From: a virus
Taxonomy: Duplodnaviria; Caudoviricetes
Direction: 5' to 3' (one strand)
Length of the DNA stretch: 47,758 nt
Virus record (IMG/VR): IMGVR_UViG_3300033076_000880
Coordinates: 1-47,758 of that record
Positions 36,656 through 43,970 of the stretch are shown here, piece by piece. Position numbers and translations under genes: made by a program. A model generated the notes under the pieces. That model searched no databases and was not told the DNA's origin. It worked only from the letters and a program-made list of their open reading frames with translations. Numbering within the stretch: position 1 is the stretch's first letter; every line of letters begins with the position of its first letter.

Positions 36656-37620
36656 GAGAAGTTGATTACGGGGCGAGCGACACAGCGACAATTCGCCGCG
36701 TCCCCTGGGTGTCCACGGAAGCCGGTAGCTTGGTCGACAATGGGAGGCGATGCCCAAGCGAACGTGCGTCCGTTAAGCGCACGGTGATCGGCGCGGACCC
36801 GCTCATCTTGGCTGGTTTCCCAGACGTATTGAGTCGCGCCGACATCGAGGTAACGCTGGCGGCGAAACTCCGAGACGAGTGCAGCGGTTTCATTTTCAGC
36901 AATCGAACGCGCCCTCCGTTTGGCGATGCCAAAGTCGGCTTCGAGAACTCGGGTGAGTTTGTCGATGCGTCCTCCTTCAGAGAGATTGTCGCGGACTTTG
37001 GCACGGATGGCAGAGATTTGTTCGAGGCTGAAACCCTTGATCGATCGATCGGTCTGCCGGGTCAGGTCTGTCCTCAGTTCCTCGGAAAGACTCGGCGGAG
37101 TCTCCGAAGGGGGTGGAAGTCCTTCCTCGGCGGATACGGTTTCGACTAACTGCTCCTGTAAGTCTTCGGTGATGTTGTCAACAGTATCCGTGAAAGTGAG
37201 TCCCGTAGGAGCGATCTCGATATGCTCCTGCATCGCGTCGAGAGTTGAGACAATCGATCGATGTAGCTCGGCGCTGGTCGCGATGGACGTTGCGATAGCC
37301 CCGCGCAGGACCAGGGGCACGTCGCCGATGGGCAAGGCAAAATTGTCACCTCTGCGCGTCGCACCCATCGCCCGCAGTTCGCGACTGATCGCCGCGTTGA
37401 ACGTACCCATGAACAGTCCTGAGGCATACCAGATGACTCCTGCCAGCAGGGCATCCCACACAGCGGGGTGCTCCTTGTTCTCGTTCACACGGACGTTGTC
37501 GGCCCGCAGGAGGTTGAACAGCGGGTCGTAGATCGACTGCTCGAGATACGCGATCAACTCTTTCGCCACCTCGTCGGTGTAGCGGTCACGGTGCAGGATC
37601 GGCGCAAGCGTCTTTTTCAC
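36652..37620 (-). CDS. Head morphogenesis protein (SPP1 gp7 / Mu gpF family)
   Basis: RA-x2-IA-x2-ET, Y-x-W-x-TS-x-DERVR-x2-H-x2-L-x-G, HPG-x3-NCRC. Confidence 0.94.
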   Translation of the reverse strand: MKKTLAPILHRDRYTDEVAKELIAYLEQSIYDPLFNLLRADNVRVNENKEHPAVWDALLAGVIWYASGLFMGTFNAAISRELRAMGATRRGDNFALPIGDVPLVLRGAIATSIATSAELHRSIVSTLDAMQEHIEIAPTGLTFTDTVDNITEDLQEQLVETVSAEEGLPPPSETPPSLSEELRTDLTRQTDRSIKGFSLEQISAIRAKVRDNLSEGGRIDKLTRVLEADFGIAKRRARSIAENETAALVSEFRRQRYLDVGATQYVWETSQDERVRADHRALNGRTFAWASPPIVDQATGFRGHPGDAANCRCVARPVINFS

Positions 37621-39089
37621 TCGTCCTTCTTCGCCGGTTCTTTGCCCTTCGCAGCTTTCTCTGGCTTACCAGCGGCAACTGGATCCGTCGCCGTGTCCAT
37701 CATCGGCTCGACGTCACGTTCGCCTCGAGAAACTTCCGTCTCGATGTCCAGCAGGTTCTCGCGACGGAGGATCGTGGATGCCTCGATGCCGGTGACCAGA
37801 CGCTGCTGGAAGAGCTCCATGACTCGAGTCTGCTTCTTGCTCTTGACTTCCTCCTCCTGCACTCCGTCGAGGAGTTTGAGGGGCTTCCATTGGATCGTGT
37901 ACTCGGGGACGAACCCGAAAAGTTGCTGGCAGCGCAAGTCGACCACCTCGATGACGACGGGCTCGGCATTAACTCGAACCTGCTCGACCACGGAATTGTA
38001 ATTCTCGATGGAGTCCTGCCCACTACCAAAACCGCTGGCGCTCTGGCCAAACAGCTTATTCATCGGTATCTTCAAGTCGGCCGACAAATTCAGGCGAATC
38101 TCGTTCCACATCTCAGCAAGGCCCGACCAAGTGAGCTGCTTCTGCTGGTAGGTATCTTCCTTGTCCATCACCAGAGCGTTCTGGAAATTCTTCATCCGGT
38201 TGGCTAAATCAACTCGGCGTTGAGTGTTCGCGGTGCCCTCGTCGGTGAGGAGGGCGTCGTTGAATCCCATGATCGAGAAGACGTCGATCTTGGCCTCGTC
38301 CAGAAGCTCGAAGACCAAGTTCTCGAACTTGATGAACGAGTTGATGGCGCGGATACAGCGCTCGATCTCGCTCATGCCCCAGCCCTGCAGGCGCAGGCGG
38401 ATGTAGCTGGGAGCCTCGAGGCCGAGCACCTTGACCACCCGGGAGGTGTGCAGGGGCAGTCCGTAGTAGCTGAAGGGGGTCGGGTTGCCGACGGCGTAGA
38501 TGTTCGTCTGCGACAGGATCAACTCCCACCGATCTGCGGCCAAAAACTCGAGTGGGGAGTCGGGCTGGATCTTTTCGATGTCGAGCGGTTGGCTGAAATT
38601 CTGGTCGGTATTGATGATGAGCCCCGCGCCACCGTAGAGGCGAGACCAGTTGAGGACGTCCATCATCACGCGGATGTCCGAATTGCCCAAGTTGACGGCG
38701 GCATTCGGGTTCACTCGGCGATTGAATTTGTTCAGCTTGCCACTGCGGGCGCGGCGACGAGGGCGTCGAATCGCGTTCTGGAGTTGAGCCAGTTCGTCGT
38801 CGTTCAGCTCATTGCTCTTGATGTCAAAGCCGCCTCGAAAAGCATCATTCACCGGCTGAGTGACGAGCGTCTGCACGAGACCCTGCGTCATGTACGAATA
38901 CGACAGGACGATCCGGTTTAGCGTGAGCGGTACCCCGGCATTGCCCATCGCCAAGGTGTAAGGTTGTGCAATCGTCTGCGTACCGTAGGTGCCAAGCCCG
39001 CCTGTGGTCTGCGCCACGAGGTCGGACAAGCTATTTAGCCGGGTGCCAGCCTTGTCCTCGAGGCCGGTTTTGGGTTCGGTCGCAGTCAT
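37617..39089 (-). CDS. Portal protein (DUF1073 type)
   Basis: RLYGG, H-x-SRV, GWG-x-S, IP-x2-KLFGQS-x2-GF, NY; position between terminase and head genes. Confidence 0.92.
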   Translation of the reverse strand: MTATEPKTGLEDKAGTRLNSLSDLVAQTTGGLGTYGTQTIAQPYTLAMGNAGVPLTLNRIVLSYSYMTQGLVQTLVTQPVNDAFRGGFDIKSNELNDDELAQLQNAIRRPRRRARSGKLNKFNRRVNPNAAVNLGNSDIRVMMDVLNWSRLYGGAGLIINTDQNFSQPLDIEKIQPDSPLEFLAADRWELILSQTNIYAVGNPTPFSYYGLPLHTSRVVKVLGLEAPSYIRLRLQGWGMSEIERCIRAINSFIKFENLVFELLDEAKIDVFSIMGFNDALLTDEGTANTQRRVDLANRMKNFQNALVMDKEDTYQQKQLTWSGLAEMWNEIRLNLSADLKIPMNKLFGQSASGFGSGQDSIENYNSVVEQVRVNAEPVVIEVVDLRCQQLFGFVPEYTIQWKPLKLLDGVQEEEVKSKKQTRVMELFQQRLVTGIEASTILRRENLLDIETEVSRGERDVEPMMDTATDPVAAGKPEKAAKGKEPAKKDE

Positions 39090-39196
39090 CGGTAATTGCG
39101 TATTGCATCACCCACGACATTAGGGCAAGTCCAATCCAGTGCTGCGGGTTCCGATCCTTTTTCTGGAGCAATACCGCATCCAGATAAATCAAAACC

Positions 39197-39457
39197 ATGA
39201 GCCAAGTAACTAGAGCAAAAATGCAGGTCCAAACGGTCATTCCCTATGACCCGGCACTGAACCGAAACTGCGAAGAGGTTAAATTGTTCGCTGTGTGCGG
39301 CAATCAACCCTTCGGCCCCAATGGCGAATCTGAGGATAACTCGTTCGCTCGTTGGACCCCCACAGGCAGTATGCAAATGACCATTACAAATCCAAGTCTG
39401 TTCGGGGTGTTCCAGCCCGGTCAGAAATTCTACGTCGACCTGACTCCCGCAGACTGA
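39197..39457 (+). CDS. Conserved small hypothetical protein, lone + strand gene in the late arm
   Basis: RAK ... F-x2-WTP-x-GS-x2-M-x-I-x-NP ... F-x-PG-x2-FYVD-x-TP pattern; has its own terminator. Confidence 0.85.
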   Translation: MSQVTRAKMQVQTVIPYDPALNRNCEEVKLFAVCGNQPFGPNGESEDNSFARWTPTGSMQMTITNPSLFGVFQPGQKFYVDLTPAD

Positions 39458-39492
39458 CCCCAAAAACCTGTTTTCAAGCTCTCTTAAGAGCC

Positions 39493-39536
39493 GAGCCCCG
39501 GTTGCCCGCAAGGGAGGTCGGGGTCTTTTTATTTTT
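39493..39536 (+). terminator. Intrinsic terminator for 39197-39457
   Basis: GC-rich hairpin with GCAA tetraloop followed by TTTTTATTTTT. Confidence 0.75.
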
Positions 39537-39612
39537 GGAGCTGTTACCAGGGGGCGAGCGACCGAGGAGTCCGTCCTCAGTCTGTTTTGTCCCGCCCGCT
39601 GGTAGCAGTCCC
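39537..39612. ncRNA. Stem-closed structured unit
   Basis: CTGTTACCAG/CTGGTAGCAG, then GGGCG/CGCCC and an inner GACCGAGGA/TCCTCAGTC hairpin; strand ambiguous. Confidence 0.5.
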
Positions 39613-39692
39613 TAACTCGGTTTCCCGATCTGCGCTATTAAGCATGGGACTCGACCGACCACGTTCGTCGGAGCGGAACCCTCTTACCCTAA

Positions 39693-39733
39693 GAAAACAA
39701 AGAACCCACATCCGCTTAAAGATGTGGGTTTTT
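39693..39733. terminator. Bidirectional intrinsic terminator-like hairpin
   Basis: AACCCACATC/GATGTGGGTT 10-bp stem with A-rich left and T-rich right flank. Confidence 0.75.
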
Positions 39734-39820
39734 CCGTCTAGCTGACCCTGCTTCCTCCGCTATCGGGTCACTCTCAGCGGCAGTTGAGTGAGTTACTTCA
39801 TTGGTGGTGAGGGAAAGGTG

Positions 39821-39910
39821 TCACGGCAGCGAGGCGTCCCGAGTTACCTTTGGGACCGGCCCCCGTTACTCTTGCGAGTGGGGATACCGAGAAAAGTATC
39901 GCTGCCGTGA
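39821..39910 (-). ncRNA. Four-way-junction structured RNA unit (90 nt)
   Basis: 12-bp inverted repeat TCACGGCAGCGA/TCGCTGCCGTGA enclosing three hairpins; GCAA and GTAA tetraloops on the - strand. Confidence 0.7.
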
Positions 39911-39917
39911 AAATGAA

Positions 39918-39982
39918 AGACGCCGAGCGGGTTGGATTGCTAGTTAGTTTGCTTTAGTGTAACCGGCAAGTGCTCGGCGTCT
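39918..39982 (-). ncRNA. Stem-closed RNA unit (65 nt)
   Basis: 11-bp inverted repeat AGACGCCGAGC/GCTCGGCGTCT; strand inferred from neighbours. Confidence 0.6.
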
Positions 39983-39985
39983 AAT

Positions 39986-40028
39986 TGGTGCGGGCCAGTG
40001 ACAAGGTCGCTAAACCATACCAGCCCGC
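39986..40028 (-). ncRNA. tRNA-acceptor-like minihelix ending in ACCA (43 nt)
   Basis: GCGGGCUGGU pairs with ACUGGCCCGC (two G-U pairs that form only on the - strand), followed by ACCA. Confidence 0.65.
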
Positions 40029-40091
40029 CGAGTTTCGTCGCAGTCGATCTTGGACTACGCCCGCTAAGGCGCAGTTTCTCCAAGTTTGCAA

Positions 40092-40156
40092 TCCCCACGA
40101 CTACCTCGAAATTGAATTGCTCCTGACACAGCAGGCTCCGCAAACCAGTCGTGGGA
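40092..40156 (-). ncRNA. Stem-closed RNA unit (65 nt)
   Basis: CCCACGACT/AGTCGTGGG 9-bp inverted repeat, inner CCTG/CAGG hairpin. Confidence 0.58.
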
Positions 40157-40159
40157 AAG

Positions 40160-40223
40160 TGATACTTTCGACGTGCTGGCGATGAGCTTAATCCTGCCAA
40201 GAACTCATATCTCGGATGTATCA
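40160..40223 (-). ncRNA. Stem-closed RNA unit (64 nt)
   Basis: TGATAC/GTATCA outer stem, ATGAG/CTCAT inner stem. Confidence 0.45.
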
Positions 40224-40232
40224 GAAGCAAAT

Positions 40233-40532
40233 TGGTGGATGTGGCGGGAGTCGAACCCGCGTGCTTCAAATTTCGCCCGTCACCTCGACATGCTTAAAGG
40301 GTGCCTGAGATCAGGCACCTCCACCATCTAGCTGTTTAGACCGTCGCTAGAACCGGCTTTTCGCTGTATCCAAAGCGGGCAAGAATCTCGTCCGCTTGCT
40401 CCAGACTGGGAGCTTCAGTGAGGCTAATGTTAGTGTTAGCTTTTATGGTTTGGCACGAAGTTTACGAGTATCAGTGCCATCCTCGGCATGCAGTTCGGAG
40501 CTACGTTGGAAGTAGAATCCATGAACACACCC
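40233..40532 (-). ncRNA. ssrA: tmRNA (one-piece, 300 nt), tag ANTNISLTEAPSLEQADEILARFGYSEKPVLATV*
   Basis: Acceptor GGGUGUG/CACAUCC with G3-U wobble and encoded ACCA; T-arm GCGGG-UUCGACU-CCCGC; 5' GGAUUCUAC; GCAUGC/GCAUGU helix; AUAAAA-GCU resume context; tag ORF 40440-40336. Confidence 0.95.
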
Positions 40533-40541
40533 AAAAGTTTC

Positions 40542-40598
40542 GCCACCACCTCAACGTGCTTTCCTGTTTTCTCTTACCCCACTCGCAGAGGTGGTGGC
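40542..40598 (-). ncRNA. Stem-closed RNA unit (57 nt) immediately upstream of the tmRNA
   Basis: 11-bp inverted repeat GCCACCACCTC/GAGGTGGTGGC with purine-rich interior on the - strand. Confidence 0.6.
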
Positions 40599-40670
40599 TT
40601 GTTAAAGAACATCGGTTGAGCCGACGGATGAGAAGAGAACAACTCTTGTGCTGTCGCGCAAGAACTAATT

Positions 40671-42227
40671 TCAAATAATCGACGCCTCACTGAACTTGGA
40701 TGCCTCGACCTCTTTTTTCTCAACCTTGGCGTCGATGATCTTCTTGAACACCGCCACCAGCGGGTCTCGCATTGCCTCGTCCAGCTCCGCATCCAATTCC
40801 TTCTTACGTCGCTCGGCTTCCTCCTTCTTGAATGCCTCGGTCTGCGCAGGCGTCATGCGCCGCCCACCAATGACACTGAGGATCGAAGTGCCCTTGCCGA
40901 GGCAGAGAAACACCCCGTCGGCGAATGCGTCGACTTGGTCATCCTTGGTGCTCTTGCCGTCCTCGCGGAACGCAGCGCACTCCTGCTCGAACGCAGGCAG
41001 CCACGTCGCGTCCTTTGGCAGCCAGACCATGCCGGTCGCTTGGTAAGCCAAGATCTGCTTCACGCGGGTCACCTTGTCCTTCACGCGAATGACGCCCTTC
41101 GTGGGGATGCCTTTCTTGCGGAGGTCTTGGATGAGCGTCAGACCAGCGGCGGCTTCCTCGACACTCATGTAGGCGACGGGCGAAGCAGACTTGTGGTGCT
41201 TCTCGTAGAAAGCCCTGGCGATGCGGAGCAGGTCAGCAGGTGCCCATTTGCCGCGCATCTGGTCGATCAGGTAGGCTTTCTTCTGATACCGACCCCAGCA
41301 CTGGAGAACCGAGTGGTCGTTCGCTTCCTTGGTCTTCATGGCGGTGTCGGCCACGATGATCTTGAACTCGAACTTGGGTGCGTATTCGGCGGTGTAATAC
41401 CTAAAGTCCTCCGTCTTGATGAGGTTGCCGCCGATGACGGTCGGCTCTTGAAGATACTGCGCAGCGAAGGCGAAGGGATTCACCCGTTGCGTGTCCAGCA
41501 GGGACTTCGTGCTGACGGTCTCGGGGATCGCCGACTCGCCGTTCGGGGCGAGGGCGGAGAACTTGATATGGTGAACGTCGTCGGGATACTCGCGCAGCAC
41601 GAAGCCGGACAAGTCCTCCGTATCAAGCCGCTGCATACAAATGATGATCGGAGTCCACTGCGAACTGTTGCGGCGGGACTTGAGGGTATTCTCGAACCAA
41701 AACCGCAGTTTCTCCGACTCCACCCTCGAGAGTGCCTCATCGGGCTTGCTGGGATCGTCCAGCACGATGAACCCGCCAGCGCGACGCTTGAGCCCCGCAC
41801 CAAGGCCGGTCAGCGATCCACCGACGCCGTCGCCGTAGACCTTGCCGCCGTTCTCCGTCGTGAAGTGGTCGGCTTGACGAATCTGGCCCAGCCGGGTCGG
41901 AAACAGCTCGGCATACCACGGCGTCGCCATGACCTGCTGAATGTAGCGCACCGACGTCTTCGCCAGCTCGTTCGAGTAGCTGAGATAGATCATCTGCGCG
42001 TCGGGAAAATACCCCAACATCCAAGAGTTCAGTGCCTCCATGATCTTCGTCTTACCCACGCGAGGCGGGATGTTGACCACGACGAAGCTCTTGTTCAGCT
42101 GGCCCAGCACGGCGCGTTGCAGGGTCTCGCACGACGAACGGTGCAGATCTTTGATGGGTAGCTCCAGCCCCATCAAGGGCACGAAGGCTTTCTCGAAATA
42201 GTCGGCGAATGAAAGGAAGTCGCTCAT
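40671..42227 (-). CDS. terL: Terminase large subunit
   Basis: NIPPRVGKT Walker A, LTG-x-GA, IVLDDP Walker B, MQRL, F-x-AQY-x-QEP, DTA-x-K-x4-ND-x-S, DDQVDA. Confidence 0.96.
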   Translation of the reverse strand: MSDFLSFADYFEKAFVPLMGLELPIKDLHRSSCETLQRAVLGQLNKSFVVVNIPPRVGKTKIMEALNSWMLGYFPDAQMIYLSYSNELAKTSVRYIQQVMATPWYAELFPTRLGQIRQADHFTTENGGKVYGDGVGGSLTGLGAGLKRRAGGFIVLDDPSKPDEALSRVESEKLRFWFENTLKSRRNSSQWTPIIICMQRLDTEDLSGFVLREYPDDVHHIKFSALAPNGESAIPETVSTKSLLDTQRVNPFAFAAQYLQEPTVIGGNLIKTEDFRYYTAEYAPKFEFKIIVADTAMKTKEANDHSVLQCWGRYQKKAYLIDQMRGKWAPADLLRIARAFYEKHHKSASPVAYMSVEEAAAGLTLIQDLRKKGIPTKGVIRVKDKVTRVKQILAYQATGMVWLPKDATWLPAFEQECAAFREDGKSTKDDQVDAFADGVFLCLGKGTSILSVIGGRRMTPAQTEAFKKEEAERRKKELDAELDEAMRDPLVAVFKKIIDAKVEKKEVEASKFSEASII

Positions 42228-42425
42228 CTAGCCGAGCACTAAAAACGGAATTGCCGTCATTTCAATGCTGCCCTGCCACCCTGCGGGACGCAGCCGCAAG
42301 ACCTCCTGCGCGGCTTGGGCCGCAGTCATGGGCTGCGTGAAGGTAAACCCGTCGGCAGCTTGCGGCTTGCCCTCGGGCACGTAGCCGACGACCCACAGGA
42401 ACAACTCGGGTTCAGGACTCGACAC
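42228..42425 (-). CDS. Hypothetical protein
   Basis: Abuts terL; in operon. Confidence 0.6.
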   Translation of the reverse strand: MSSPEPELFLWVVGYVPEGKPQAADGFTFTQPMTAAQAAQEVLRLRPAGWQGSIEMTAIPFLVLG

Positions 42426-42699
42426 GGAAGTGCGGGATCTCGCGGTCGACGTAGGTCGGCCACAGCCACCACAGCAACGGGCGTTTGACTGGCGTCAGCG
42501 TGTGCGTGGCGGGCGATAGCCAAAAGTCACCCGGCTTGCGTCGTTCGCCAGGTAGGAGACGACGCAGGCGGAGCTTCATGGTGGTCTCCTTGTCGCGAAG
42601 GAGCACCGTCTGTCGGTGGGCCTCCACGAGCGCGGGGACGTAGGCAGGAGCCTCACGCAAAGCGTGCAGGCGCAGGATTTGGTCTTGGGCGAGTTTCAT
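42412..42699 (-). CDS. Hypothetical protein
   Basis: ATGA coupling. Confidence 0.6.
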   Translation of the reverse strand: MKLAQDQILRLHALREAPAYVPALVEAHRQTVLLRDKETTMKLRLRRLLPGERRKPGDFWLSPATHTLTPVKRPLLWWLWPTYVDREIPHFRVES

Positions 42700-42884
42700 T
42701 CGGCGTGGTCGTCAAGGACTCCGAGGCGGGGTTCGGGCTTAAACACGGCGTCGTGGTCGCTCTTGCGCCACAAATCCAACACGAGGTTGCGACCGTAGTT
42801 GAAACCGAAAAAGTAGCCAACGGTCAGGCCGAGCGTGAAAGTGAGGACGGCGGTGATCAGAATTTCTGAAGGGGTGAGGTTCAT
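42696..42884 (-). CDS. Small single-TM protein
   Basis: Hydrophobic N-terminus; coupled at both ends. Confidence 0.7.
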   Translation of the reverse strand: MNLTPSEILITAVLTFTLGLTVGYFFGFNYGRNLVLDLWRKSDHDAVFKPEPRLGVLDDHAE

Positions 42885-43303
42885 GGGTGCCAACCTTGGT
42901 TAAGAGCTGATTTGTAGTAGGGGAATGCGCGAGCGACGAGGAACCAGAACTGGCGGGCAGCTTCGTCTTGTTTGAAATTCTTGGAGAATGTGATCACCCC
43001 GGTGGTCATGTTGATCGTCATGCTTCCGCCTTCTTTGAAGGTAAATATGACGTTGGGCGTAGGGGTTATCTCTATGATCGAGCCGATGGATCGTCCTCCT
43101 ATCGTAGCGATCTGAAACATCATAGCAGGTTTCAGAAGCCCGAAGTATCCTCGAATATTTGCGGTTCTTTTCTCCAACATCTGTCTCTCCCACATCGGCA
43201 GAGGGGGTGTGGTGAAAGCCGTCGCTCTGAACGCAGTCGGCTCGGCGTCAGGCATCGTCGGCGCGGGCAGCAGTGCGAGGGAGAAGATGAGTTCGGCGAT
43301 CAT
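42881..43303 (-). CDS. Hypothetical protein, hydrophobic N-terminus
   Basis: ATGA coupling at both ends. Confidence 0.7.
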   Translation of the reverse strand: MIAELIFSLALLPAPTMPDAEPTAFRATAFTTPPLPMWERQMLEKRTANIRGYFGLLKPAMMFQIATIGGRSIGSIIEITPTPNVIFTFKEGGSMTINMTTGVITFSKNFKQDEAARQFWFLVARAFPYYKSALNQGWHP

Positions 43304-43779
43304 GTGGTCTCCTTCATGGCCGCGTCGATGGCGGAGCGAAGATTAACGTCTTCGCATTGCATAAAGTGCGTCAGAACGTCGCCAACGCGGACGGTATCGG
43401 ATTGCAGCCAATCCAACCGCGCCCGTTCCTTGGCGAGTTCGGTCTCGGCACGCATCGCACGCTCCCGCAGGTCTGCGACGGCATATTGCGAATAATGTAG
43501 CTCGGTGAGCGAAGGGTTGCCCGTTTTGATTGCTACCGCTAAGTCATGCTTAATTTGAAAAGCTATGCGGTTCTCGTCTTTCAACCGCTCCATCTCTGCT
43601 CGAAGATTAGTGTTTTCGGTTTCCTTTTCCTCAAGGTTGATAGCTGCAAGTTCCACCGACCGCGCCTCGGACTCGGCGATGAGTTGGGCGGACGGTTGAA
43701 GTCCTCGACACTGTGCTTCGTTGAACAGGACTTCTCTGACGAGTTTCTTGTGCGCCTCGGTCGGGACTACTGCGTTCAT
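43300..43779 (-). CDS. Coiled-coil hypothetical protein (RLDWL ... LR-x-AIDAAM)
   Basis: C-terminal motif common in small phage accessory proteins; coupled. Confidence 0.8.
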   Translation of the reverse strand: MNAVVPTEAHKKLVREVLFNEAQCRGLQPSAQLIAESEARSVELAAINLEEKETENTNLRAEMERLKDENRIAFQIKHDLAVAIKTGNPSLTELHYSQYAVADLRERAMRAETELAKERARLDWLQSDTVRVGDVLTHFMQCEDVNLRSAIDAAMKETT

Positions 43780-43970
43780 GTGCGCTTCCCTCCCTTCTCA
43801 GGCTGGTCAACCAGCGAGACGCGGACCCGCACGGTCTTGACGTCACCTTTACTCGCCATCGCCTCGGCCTCTCCCTTTGTCTGATGCAAAAAGAATCGAC
43901 CGGATGGATACACGTTGGCCCATCGTGCGGCGGGGAACACGCTGAAGCGGTTGATGAGTGGCTTGGTCAT
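43776..43970 (-). CDS. Hypothetical protein (WANVY motif)
   Basis: Coupled at both ends. Confidence 0.7.
   Translation of the reverse strand: MTKPLINRFSVFPAARWANVYPSGRFFLHQTKGEAEAMASKGDVKTVRVRVSLVDQPEKGGKRT

Noticed and set aside
37617-39089. DUF1073 protein as anti-CBASS Acb1
   Set aside because: Size and position identify a portal; no paired HxT/S phosphoesterase domain is evident.
39986-40028. Y RNA (GGCUGGU-like start)
   Set aside because: It lacks the bulged-C GGUCCGA Ro-binding helix, and no Ro60/TROVE gene is present.
39560-40225. Hammerhead ribozyme (CUGAGGA near 39575; GAAA motifs near 40033 and 40167)
   Set aside because: The core elements are not in the required order around stems, and CUGAGGA is sequestered in a hairpin.
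40233-40265. tRNA gene or attP/attR remnant
   Set aside because: The matching 5' acceptor strand and a tag ORF make a full tmRNA; there is no anticodon arm, no duplicate of the 3' end and no integrase.
39940-40678. ORFs 39940-40269(-), 39985-40185(+) and 40418-40678(+)
   Set aside because: They overlap the tmRNA and stem units, use weak starts and lack the genome's codon bias.
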